Below are positions 1 through 10,287 of a stretch of DNA of 64,000 nt, one piece after another (position 1 is the first letter of the stretch; every line of letters starts with the position of its first letter). The DNA is taken from contig NC_042999.1 of assembly GCF_006345805.1 (NCBI RefSeq), positions 19,716,001 to 19,780,000 of the forward strand, given 5' to 3'. The notes beneath the pieces are model-generated. The model was not told where the DNA came from. It made no database searches and saw only the letters and a list, made by a program, of their open reading frames with translations. The DNA is from Octopus sinensis. Its lineage: Eukaryota. Made by a program: the position numbers and the translations under genes.

Positions 1-274
1 CCGATGTCTCCAAAAGAGTGAGTGACGTGGAGTTATGTGACAACCAACGATCACTATAGTTTCTTCCCAAAACCCGGATTTTTATAACTGCTCAACTTGA
101 CTGAAAAGAATCGAAATTCAGGACAAATATTCTTTACGAAACATTTAGAATCTTTATATGAGCAGTTATATTAACCAATAGGAAAAAAGAAAATGATAAT
201 TCTTCGGCAAAAACATTACGTCATATTGCCAATTCACGCCACATTTCAAAATGGCTAAAATGGTTATTGCTACA

Positions 275-960
275 CTCGCAAGGGAAACGTTGTTGTATTG
301 CATTTGTTAAATAATTGTAAACTGTAACCCTCCCCATCTGGGAGAAGGAACTTTGTTTATTGTTTAAAAATTGAATTGTGTCCCTGTTTGGTGAAATTGA
401 CAATATTTTCACCATTTATACGGAAGAATTTTTATTGGAATGCTTTCCATAGAAGAAAGTGTAAAAATGAATTTCGCTGCAGCCGTCGGCGGGCGCCACT
501 CAATAAAATTAAAATGGAAGAAATACAAACCTATTTCGGATTGATCACCGACAAAGACGGTGAATCTAGGATAACACCACCAAACGAAATACAAAATTAA
601 ATTAAAGAAAAGACTATTGTCTATAAAGTATACAATGTAGAGAAAACAAGATTTGAACACCTGCAGGAAAGCACCATCGAAAAGTGTCTTGGTGCGACTA
701 TGAAAGATTAAAGTATCTAACCAGAGGCAGTAAATTCCCCACAATAGAAGCAAGGTTCGAGTCAACGGAGCGTGCAAGGGAGTGCTCGACTCGAACCTTG
801 CAAAGTGGAAGTATTCTATTTTTACCTTTATATCTAGGACGTAGGACGTCCCGGACAAAAATTAAAATTTCCCCCCCAGAAGTCGAGATAGGCTGGATTG
901 TAGCCACACTTCTATACAAGAGGAAGGACAAGATACAATTGATCGAAATTGCAAGAGACG
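275..960 (+). pseudogene. Degenerate 5'UTR plus N-terminal ORF1 fragment of a Tx1-group retrotransposon paralogous to the element at 10020 (copy 1)
   Basis: Translates across frameshifts to NFAAAVGG...ESRITPP...IVYKVYNV...IEKC...TIEARFES...ILFLPLYLGRRT, colinear with ORF1 at 10288 (SFSDAVGG...ETRLVPP...VTYRVYNI...VEKC...TVEAHFET...IILLPLYLGCRT). Confidence 0.85.
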
Positions 961-1099
961 GGCCTACAATTCCAGTCTGTTATATATTTTGAGTATTGTT
1001 ATAACTAACGATATCAAGATATAACTTTGTATTTTGTATTTTATGTATAGATGTATATATAAAGATGTACGTAGAATATGTACACATATATACATAAAT

Positions 1100-1137
1100 T
1101 AGCACAGTGACACAGCAACGACGGGTCAAAATGCTAG
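1100..1137 (+). mobile_element. Helitron-type 3' terminus (hairpin plus CTAG) closing the ORF1-fragment segment
   Basis: agcacagtgacacagcaacgacgggtcaaaatgCTAG|t matches the 3' end of the Helitron at 26304-26704 (agcactgtgacctagcgttgccgggtcatactgCTAG|t). Confidence 0.7.
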
Positions 1138-1157
1138 TTGGTCTATATATGTGATTT

Positions 1158-1466
1158 GAGGGCGCAATGGCCCAGTGGTTAGGGCAGCAGACTCGCGGTT
1201 GTAGGATCACAGGTTCGATTCCAAGACCTGGCGCTGTGAATGTTAATTGAGTGAAAACTCCACGAGGCTCTACGACGCTCCGGCAGGGGTTTGTGGCGAT
1301 CCCTGCTGTAATCTTTCGCCAAAACTTTCTCTCTATATATCTCTGTTTTGTTGGCCTGCTCGATTAGCCTGCGAGGTGGCGTCATTTGAAGGCTAAAAGA
1401 ATGCAAAGTGCATTGTGACCAGCGATGAATAGCAAAATCAGATAGCCTGGTCTGTCACGGTGATCA
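1158..1466 (+). mobile_element. tRNA-derived SINE (octopus OR-like head) in U2 spacer
   Basis: Head gagggcgcaatggcccagtggttagggcagc with A/B-box-like motifs; orthologous insertions at 7302, 9287 and 17167. Confidence 0.85.
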
Positions 1467-1489
1467 CAGTGATATATGATTTGAAAATA

Positions 1490-1695
1490 AGATGCACTAA
1501 TCGAGGATTGAACGATCTGCTCAGAGGTCAGTCAGATTCATTCACCGTGACCTGCTACCCACCAGCCAGACACTAGCCAACACTGCTGATAAGTGATTAG
1601 CCGCGCCCCCTATCATGGTGACGTCACTTGTCTGAGACGTTTACTTTACGCAATGGTAAGAACATATATTACCATTCAACATACAATATCTATAT
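1490..1695 (+). promoter_or_regulatory. Orphan U2 upstream module (GC-rich box plus GTGACGTCAC) with no U2 downstream
   Basis: Near-identical to the sequence upstream of U2 at 8013 and 10009 up to base ~1695, then unrelated; TGACGTCA at 1619-1626. Confidence 0.75.
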
Positions 1696-2151
1696 TAAAT
1701 TAATATCCAATTTTTTCACCCGTATTTTGACTTTAATTATAAAATAACATGTTCTCAAACCGGCAGTAAATTACTTGTGCAGTATTTATATCCGAGAAAT
1801 TAGCGCGCCTTAACGAGGGCATTTGAATGTAACTGTGAATATAATCGGCCGATCTGTTAGCCTCAATCCAACCTCGTGTTGATAGCTTCCGTGCAGTTCG
1901 ACAAATTTTATTTTTGACGTACTCTACTGATGAATCGAAGATATTTAAGTAAGAAAAATAACAATTTATTAACGATGAAACAATTGCATAGAGTTAATCG
2001 ATATTTTCGTTATTTTTCATCTGTCCTGCTCGCTTACATTCTTGGTGTGTTAAATTATTCCTTGAGAACAATTCTTTGGTGGTAGATTCCCTTTGCGGAT
2101 CTATAACTAGCGTTAGAGCGTCCACATAGTGGATTCTCTCTCATAGTTTTC

Positions 2152-2200
<49 letters not shown>

Positions 2201-2215
2201 ACCATATATATATAT

Positions 2216-2470
2216 GGCATATGCAAAAAATTATTGTATACAGTGATCAAGTGCACTACAACTAAAAGAAAGCCATCAGGTGTACTGTTGGAGGATTTCA
2301 GGAAGGTTTGAAGAATTTGGTGTCTCTAAGGCTAACGACTGATGCTTCAACAATTCTGAGCGTGAAAAAATGTTTCCGAAAGTCATGGGTGATGCGTTGC
2401 TTTTTGATTTTGTCAGCATGTCCACGAGTGATGTTTTGTTTTATGATTTTGTGAGCCTGTCCACGAGTGT
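2216..2470 (-). mobile_element. 3' end of a CR1/L2-group LINE next to a (TA)n tract
   Basis: Minus strand reads KIKKQRITHDFRKHFFTLRIVEA...VVSLRDTKFF, the typical CR1-group C-terminal motif R..FF..RVV..WN.LP. Confidence 0.6.
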
Positions 2471-2922
2471 TTAACATATGGAGTTTAAAATGATGCCCAA
2501 ATTTGTTGGAATGTGGTGGGTGTTCTTGTTTTTATAACTATCCAGAAGGATAGACATTTCGTTGAGAACCATACAATTAGTTGGTGGTCTTCTTATTTTA
2601 ATACTAGCTGTTGGGAAATAGAAGATGTAAGAAAGGTCAAGTGGGGAAGACATTATTTCGGCTTCGCTAAAGCAATCTGGCAAATGTAAAACTTCTGTCA
2701 AAGAAAAACTCTTGTTTTACCATTGAACCCTATCAAAAGCCATACCCTTGAAATTTATGACCATAAGCCCTACTATTTACTTGTTTAGACAGAGTGAAGA
2801 AGGAAGCCCCTATTCAGTCTTTTCACTTACTAGAAATAGCAGCTAACTCCCCACTAACTCTACGAAACGAAACTCCAACGTCTTAAAATAAACGAATGAT
2901 AAGTGTACGTCAGACAATGTTC

Positions 2923-3043
<121 letters not shown>

Positions 3044-3417
3044 ATGGGATAGTCTTGCCTGGCACACCTCCTCAATGACAGCTGAAATGTTAATAACAAC
3101 CCCTCAATACAACACCGGAAGTGAATGAGACCGAAACTAATATCTCTTGGTTTGAAGTAAACTTCTCCCTTTACAACGAACCGACCAGTATGTGATCGTT
3201 CGATTTGCTAGAAGTAGCAACCAAACCGAAGCATTCGAAGTTGACGAAGAAAATGTCAGTTGCTTAAATATATATTTGCTTTTGATCCATATACATACTT
3301 TGAATATAATGCACCGGTCGAGGGTGCGATGCTCTGGTCACAGGTCAGTCAGATTCATGCTCCGTGACCTGCTACCCACCAGCCAGTCACTAGCCAACAC
3401 TGCTGATATGTGATTAG

Positions 3418-3690
3418 CCGCGCCCCCTATCTTGGTGACGTCACATGTCTTAGACGTTTATTTTATGTAATGATAAGAAGGTATGTTAACATTCAACATA
3501 CAATATCGATATATACTTACAAATAATTGATTTAAAGATATTAGAAATATTTTAAACTAGAAAATGTAAGGATTGAATGTGTTTACAATATAGCAGGTAA
3601 TTAAGTGTGATTGGAATAAACAATTTACACATCAGTGGGTGTAACATTAACTTGTGTAAAGATAGTCTGTGGGAAAACAGCTAAAATCTT
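3418..3690 (+). promoter_or_regulatory. U2 snRNA promoter: distal GC box and CRE-like palindrome at about -255, PSE candidate at about -50..-21
   Basis: Conserved upstream of all four U2 starts; TGACGTCA at 3436-3443; GTAACATTAACTTGTGTAAAGATAGTCTGTG at 3641-3671 resembles metazoan PSEs; exact element limits are inferred. Confidence 0.7.
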
Positions 3691-3880
3691 ATCGCTTCTC
3701 GGCCTTTTGGCTAAGATCAAAGTGTAGTATCTGTTCTTATCAGCTTAATATCTGATACGGTCCCTATTTGGGGCCATCGATATTAAACTGATTTTTAGAA
3801 CGAGGCGAAGTGTTAGGGGCTTGCTCCGCCTTTGCCACGGGTTGTCCTGGTATTGCAGTGCTTCCAGGATTCAGCCCGCT
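3691..3880 (+). ncRNA. RNU2: U2 spliceosomal snRNA (copy a, apparently intact)
   Basis: ATCGCTTCTCGGCCTTTTGGCTAAGATCAAAGTGTAGTATCTGTTC 5' end, branch-point recognition GTAGTA, stems IIa/IIb, Sm-like ATTTTTAG, stem III, stem-loop IV CCTGGTATTGCAGTGCTTCCAGG. Confidence 0.97.
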
Positions 3881-4400
3881 CACACCCGGGAGATACAAAT
3901 TAAAAATAAAATCAGATGTTTTGTTACAGTCCTCTTTTTGTTTCATCATCTCAGCGGGTTTTCTGTTAGTTGTCGTTGCTAAATACCTTCCTCACCATCA
4001 GCAAGCGCTTCACGTTCAATCCCGACTCAACCCCACGGTTTTTGTCCTCTTTGCTTCCTCATTTCAAATCCCGTCATCGCTTACACACCAACCCCTACCA
4101 GGCTCAGTGCCTTCAGAGGAGGCCCATTTTTTCTTTCAAGTCTCCCCTTTAAGTATATTTTCCTTCTCTCTCCTTCACACCAGTCTCAGGTGCCAAGCAT
4201 AGTCACACGGAAACTGCATTTCCACTTCACTACAACAAAGTATAACAACAGTAAAAACAATGTGGATGCACAAAAGAAGTGACATTCCCTATCCATCAAC
4301 CTACTAGAAATAGCAGCTAACAGACAGGATCAATTGGTAGGAAGTCCAGTATCTACCGCCAATAGTACTTACTAGTATAGTCTTTGAAAGAAAACAGCAG

Positions 4401-5130
4401 GGATCTTTTCCTTTTGAACGGCAGTTTTCAACACAATTTCCAGTTAACTAAAAACTTTTAAACTTCGTATACTGGTAGAATGTGTCAAAATAAAACATTT
4501 TTTTCTTTTGGCTTTCTTGAGAAGATTGTAATTTGTAAGTTTAACGTAGTTTAATTTTTCGAAGATGGCCTCTATTTAACTAAAATCATTTGCTGCGTCT
4601 AAAACTGAGACAACATCTTGTCATGTTATGTTTACGTTCGGAAAGCGTGTGTGTAAAATTTATAGAATTATTTTGTTTGTCAATTGTTTAAATTATTTTC
4701 CATTGCTTTCGTTTTAGCCTTTGGTTTTTTTTTTTCTTAAGCAATGGAAAATAGTTTAAACAATACACGTATATCTCAAAAGAAAATGAATAATTTTAGA
4801 CACACGCCTAACAATTAAATCAATTTAACAATTAAGAAGAAAAAAAACGAAAGGCTAAAATTTAGGGTTTGCGTTAGTGTAGGGTTAGGATTAGATCAGT
4901 GGCAGGATGTCTCAGTTTTAGACGCAGCAAAGGATTTTAGCTCAATAGAGGCCATCGATTGGTTAAAATACGAAAAATTAAACTACGTTAAACTTACAAA
5001 TTACAATTTTCTCAAGAGAGCGAAAAGAAAAAATGTTTTATTTTGACACATTCTACCAGTATACGAAGTTTAAAAGTGTTTAGTTAACTAGAAATTGTGT
5101 TAAAAACTGGCGTTCAAAAGGAAAATATCC
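4401..5130. mobile_element. Non-autonomous DNA transposon (MITE) with about 200-bp TIRs and 8-bp TSD, Merlin-like
   Basis: Starts GGATCTTTTCCTTTTGAACG, ends CGTTCAAAAGGAAAATATCC; AACAGCAG at 4393-4400 and 5131-5138; second truncated copy at 50975. Confidence 0.8.
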
Positions 5131-5740
5131 AACAGCAGATGCGATTGTCACGGGTGGGAGGTCTTTAAATCACAATAAACGCCAGTATGTATTTCCGTCT
5201 CCAAGGCCAGATTAATACCCATACAGCCCCTAATCACTTCAAAAAGATTTTGGTGCCGCCAGATGTATATAAATGTAAACAATAATATATGATAAATTAA
5301 ATTTTTATTTTGCAAAATCAAATAAAACTAACAGTAAGATGGAAAATAATCCCTTCCACTGAAGGAAAAAGGCCTTGAAAATTTGTGGAGGGGACTAGTC
5401 GAATACGTCGACCTCAGCTTCCACTGGTACTAAATATATTGCTAGAAATAGCAGCTAACTCACCACCAACAAATCGACCAAATGATTGCAACATTATTTG
5501 CTCAATGAGAACTGAAATGTTAACTTCACCACAGTCCAGTTTCACTCCCAACGTTCACCTGACGCTATTGTAACGAATATTTTACGTTTAATATGGTAAA
5601 CAGTGGTACGAAACCGAGTAACAGTTGGTTTGAAGCAACGAACCAATCGCTACCTAGTCGCCCGACTTACAAGGTACAGCAATCAAAACAAAACATTCGG
5701 CATTAACGAAGATGTGAGTCGCCTTAATATTTGTTATTGG

Positions 5741-7281
5741 TCTATATATATAAAACTGAGAATGAGTGTCTGTCTATCTGTCTGACTGTATTTCCCTAAA
5801 ACCTGAGAACTACACAACCAATTTCATTCGAATTTTACACATAGCATACTTAGGGTCCGTGGAGTGTCATCGGCAAAAAAAGTTTTACCTTTTTGCCTAG
5901 GGAAAGCCAACAGCAATATCAAATCTTCTCCACTACGATTCCCTAAAACTTGAGAACAACACAACCAATTTCATTCAAATTTTACACATGCCTTACTTAG
6001 GGTCCATGTAGTTTAATGGGCAAAAAATGTTCAACTTCTTGCCTTGGGCGAGCCAATAGCAATATCATATCTTCTCCACTATTTCAGTATTATGTGTTAA
6101 AGGTGAAACAAAAATATTTCGCTATTTTATGTCAGAAACTTTCACTATAAATTTAGAGATAATAATAATAATTGAATTATATGTAGTAAATAATAATCAA
6201 AATCAAACTAAAGTACAATATAATCGTAACCTAAGATAAGTGAAAGTAGCAATTGGTATAAAATTGCATCAACGACTTGAACTTGAATAAGTGGTTTCAC
6301 ATGAATGGGAATAAATTAAACTAAATCAATCGCGTACTGCTTTTTGATTCACCGTAATGTGTGTTGTTATTATTATTACTGTTTAACTATTGTTATCACG
6401 TTTGTCGGTTCCTCGTAAAGAAAACGTTGTTGTGTTGCATTTGTTAAATAATTGTAAACTCTAACCGTCCCCCTCTGGGAGAAGGAGCTTTGGTTATTGT
6501 TTGAAAATTGAATTGTGTACCTTTTTGGGGAAATTGACAATATTTTCACCGTTTATACGGAAGCATTTTTGTTAGAATGCCTTCGATAGAAGAAAGTCCA
6601 AAAAGGAATTTCGCTGCAGCCGTCGACGGGCGCGAACTCATTAAAATTTAAATAAATACAAACCTATTTCGGATTGATCACCGATTAAACGGTGAATCTA
6701 GGATAACACCACCAAACGAAATAAAAAATTTAATTATAGAAAAATCTATGGTCAATAAAGTATACAATGTAGAACTAAACAGATTTGAACACCTGGAGGA
6801 AAGCACCATCGAAAAGTGTCTTAGTGCGACTATGAAAGTTATCAAGTATCTAACCAGAGGCGGTAAGTTCGCCACAATAGAAGCAAGGTTCGAGTCAACG
6901 GAACGTGCAAGGGAGTACTTGACTCGAACCTTGCAAAGAGGAAGTATTTTATTTTTACCTTTATATCTCGGACGTAGGACGTCCCGAACAAAAATTATAA
7001 ATATCCCCCCAGAAGTAGAGGTAGTCTAGATTGTAGCCACACTTCTATACAAGAGGTGGGAAAGTAACAATTGATCGAAATTGCAAGAGACGTAACTACA
7101 ATTCGAGTCTGTTATATATTTTGAGTATTTTTATCACTAGCGATATCAATATATAACTTTCTATGTTGTACTATATGTGTAGATGTATATATATGGATGT
7201 ACAAGTAATATGTACGCATATATATACACATATATACATGCACTATCACTATGATTCGGCAGCGATGGGTCATAATAATAG
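5741..7281 (+). mobile_element. Non-autonomous Helitron carrying a Tx1-type ORF1 fragment
   Basis: 5' TCTATATATATAAAA like the other Helitrons in the window, internal ~150-bp tandem duplication (about 5790-6080), cargo 6411-7090, 3' hairpin plus ATAG|t; the empty site is visible at 17139-17160. Confidence 0.7.
6411..7090 (+). pseudogene. Tx1-group 5'UTR/ORF1 fragment (copy 2)
   Basis: ORF 6748-7029 VYNVELNRFEHLEESTIEKC...TIEARFESTERARE...LPLYLGRRT, homologous to ORF1 at 10288. Confidence 0.85.
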
Positions 7282-7301
7282 TTGGTCTATATATGTGATT
7301 T

Positions 7302-7610
7302 GAGGGTGCAATGGCCCAGTGGTTAGGGCAGCGGACTTGCGGTTGTAGGATTACAGATTCGATTCCCAGACCTGGTGTTGTGAGTGTTTATTGAGCGAAA
7401 ACACCACGAGGCACCACGAGGCTCCGGCAGGAGTTGGTGGGGATCCCTGCTGTACTCTATCGACACAACTTTCTCTCTCTCTCATTTTGTTAGGCCTGCT
7501 CGCTTAGCCTGCGGGGTGGCGTCATTTGAAGGCTAAAAGAATGCAAAGCGCATTGTGACCAGCGATGAATAGCAACATCTGATAGCCTGGTCGTTCACGG
7601 TGATCACAGT
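7302..7610 (+). mobile_element. tRNA-derived SINE in U2 spacer
   Basis: Same family and same position as the copy at 1158. Confidence 0.85.
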
Positions 7611-8012
7611 GATATATGATATGAAAATAAGATGCACTAATCGAGGATTGAACGCTCTGGTCAGAAGTCAGTCAGATTCATTCACCGTGACCTGCTACCC
7701 ACCAGCCAGTCACTAGCCAACACTGCTGATAAGTGATTAGCCGCGCCCCCTATCATGGTGACGTCACTTGTCTGAGTCGTTTACTTTACGCAATGGTAAG
7801 AACATATATTACCATTCAACATACAATATCTATATAAACTTACAAATAATTAATTTAAAGATATTAAAAATATTTTAAACTATAACATTTAAGAATTGAA
7901 TGTGTTTACAATATAGCAGGTAATTAAATGTGATTGGAATAAATAATTTACATATCAGTTGATGTAACTTTAACTTGTGTAAAGATAGTCTGTGGCAAAA
8001 CAGCTAAAATCT

Positions 8013-8191
8013 ATCGCTTCTCGGCCTTTTGGCTAAGATCAAAGTGTAGTATCTGTTCTTATCTGATACGGTCCCTATTTGTGGCCATCGATATTAAACT
8101 GATTTTTAGAACGAGGCAAAGTGTTAGGGGCTTGCTCCGCCTTTGCCACGGGTTGTCCTGGTATTGCAGTGCTTCCAGGATTCAGCCCACA
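8013..8191 (+). pseudogene. RNU2: U2 snRNA copy b with an 11-nt deletion in stem-loop IIa
   Basis: TTCTTATC|TGATACG versus TTCTTATCAGCTTAATATCTGATACG in the other copies; rest of gene and promoter intact. Confidence 0.92.
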
Positions 8192-8809
8192 CCCAACTGG
8201 GAGATACAAATTAAAAATGAAATCAGATATATTGTTACAACCACCATTTTTTTTCGTCATTTCAGCGGGTTTTCCGTTAGTTGTCGTTGCTAAAGAACTT
8301 CCTCGCTGTCAGCAAGCGGTTCCCTTTCGATCCCGACTAAACCCCACGGTTTTTGTTCTCTCTGCTTCCTCATTTCAAATCCCGTCATCGCTTTCTCACC
8401 AACCCCTTCCAGGTTCAGTGCCTTTTGAGGAGATCCTTTTCCTTCTAAGCAGTCGATTCAAGTCTCCACTACTTTAAGTATACTTTTCTTTCTATATCCT
8501 TCACATCAGGGCGGACTTCTATTCTCTTTCCTGTTTCAGTCATCCGACTGCGGCCTTGTTGGTGCACAGCCACGAACATTTAGACGTATAAATCGACACC
8601 AGCACTTATTATTTGATGCCTAGTACGTAAGCTATCGTGTATAGCTGAAGATACATACCCAAGGAGCCACCCAAAGAACTGATCTCGGACCCATGTTTTT
8701 GAGAAGCAAGCTCCTTACGAAACGGCAATTTCTACCTATTTTTTTTTAAATTGCAAAGCAGCTGTTCCTCAAAATAGATCTTATGTAACACATCTGCTTC
8801 TAAAGTTGG

Positions 8810-9266
8810 TGCGACAATGAAATATATCAAGTATCTAACCAGAGGCGGTAATGCACCACAATAGAAGCAAGGTTCTTGTCAACGGAGCATGCAAGGGAGT
8901 ACTCGACTCGAACCTTCCAAAGTGGAAATATTTTATTTTTACCTTTATATCTGGGACGTAGGACGTCCCAGACAAAAATTTAAAATGTCCCCCCAGAAGT
9001 AGAGGTAGTCTGGATTGTAGCCACACTTCTATACAAGAGGGAGGACAAGATACAATTGATCGAAATTGCAAGAGATGGGCCTACATTTCAAGATTGTTAT
9101 ATATTTTGAGTATTGTTATCACTAGCGATATCAAGATATAACTTTGTATTTTGTATTTTATGTGTAGGTGTATATATATAGATGTACATGTAATATATAC
9201 ACATATATATACACATATATACATGAACTAGCACTATGACCCGGCAACGACGAGTTATAATGCTAG
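8810..9266 (+). mobile_element. 3' half of the ORF1-carrying Helitron (copy 3), fused to the U2b 3' flank
   Basis: Begins mid-ORF1 fragment (ggtgcgacaatgaaa), ends acccggcaacgacgagttataatgCTAG|t. Confidence 0.7.
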
Positions 9267-9286
9267 TTGGTCTATATATGTGATTT

Positions 9287-9603
9287 GAGGGCGCAATGGC
9301 CCAGTGGTTAGGGCAGCGGACTCGCGGTTGCAGGATCGTAGGTTCGATTCCAAAACCTAGCGTTCTGAGTGTTTATTGAGCGAAAACACCAAAAGCTCCT
9401 CGACGGTCCGGCAGGGGGTGGTGGCAATCCCTGCTGTACCCTTACAACACAACTTTCTCTCTCTCTCTCTCTCTCTCTCTCTTTTGTTGGCCTGCTCGCT
9501 TAGCCTGCGGGGTGGTGTCATTTGAAGGCCAAAAGAATGCAAAGCGCATTGTGACCGGCGATGAATAGCAACATCTGATAGCCTAGTCGGTCACGGTGAT
9601 CAC
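9287..9603 (+). mobile_element. tRNA-derived SINE in U2 spacer
   Basis: Same family and position as 1158 and 7302. Confidence 0.85.
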
Positions 9604-9736
9604 AGTGATATATGATATGAAAATAAGATGCACTAATCGAGGGTGGGACGCTCTGGTCAGAAGTCAGTCAGATTCATTAACCGTGACCTGCTACCCACCA
9701 GCCAGTCACTAGCCAACACTGCTGATAAGTGATTAG

Positions 9737-10008
9737 CCGCGCCCCCTATCATGGTGACGTCACTTGTCTGAGTCGTTTACTTTACGCAATGGTAAGAACA
9801 TATATTACCATTCAACATACAATATCTATATAAACTTACAAATAATTAATTTAAAGATATTAGAAATATTTTAAACTATAAAATTTTAGAATTGAATGTG
9901 TTTACAATATAGCAGGTAATTAAATGTGATTGGAATAAATAATTTACATATCAGTGGATGTAACTTTAACTTGTGTAAAGATAGTCTGTGTCAAAGCAGC
10001 TAAAATTT
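9737..10008 (+). promoter_or_regulatory. U2 promoter now directly upstream of the retrotransposon
   Basis: TGACGTCA at 9755-9762 (-254), PSE candidate gtaactttaacttgtgtaaagatagtctgtg; nearly identical to the U2b promoter. Confidence 0.8.
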
Positions 10009-10019
10009 ATCGCTTCTCG
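10009..10019 (+). other. U2 nucleotides 1-11 (ATCGCTTCTCG), left copy of the target-site duplication
   Basis: Follows the U2 promoter at the normal start position, then switches abruptly to element sequence TCCATCGCTACC. Confidence 0.9.
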
Positions 10020-10287
10020 TCCATCGCTACCTGGTGTTTTTTTAATTTTTCCTCGGTTTATACCAATATTTTTCTGTTGCTGCAAATCGTTGTGTGAGTT
10101 CGTTTCCGTTTGTCTACTCTGTCGTGTTACAAGTAATATCATTGTTGAACTGTTTTTGACCCAGTAATTTTCGCCCTTCGGGGTAGAAAATTTCTGTGGT
10201 TTTTTTTTTTTTGTGTGTGTGAATTCTTAACCTGTATAGGTTATTTTTGGAAAAAAAAAAAATTCTCTTGTCATTTGTGACAAGTTT

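Noticed and set aside
1158-1240. tRNA genes at SINE heads (also 41279, 55533 and others)
   Set aside because: tRNA-like A/B boxes continue directly into SINE bodies; no intact cloverleaf or acceptor stem.
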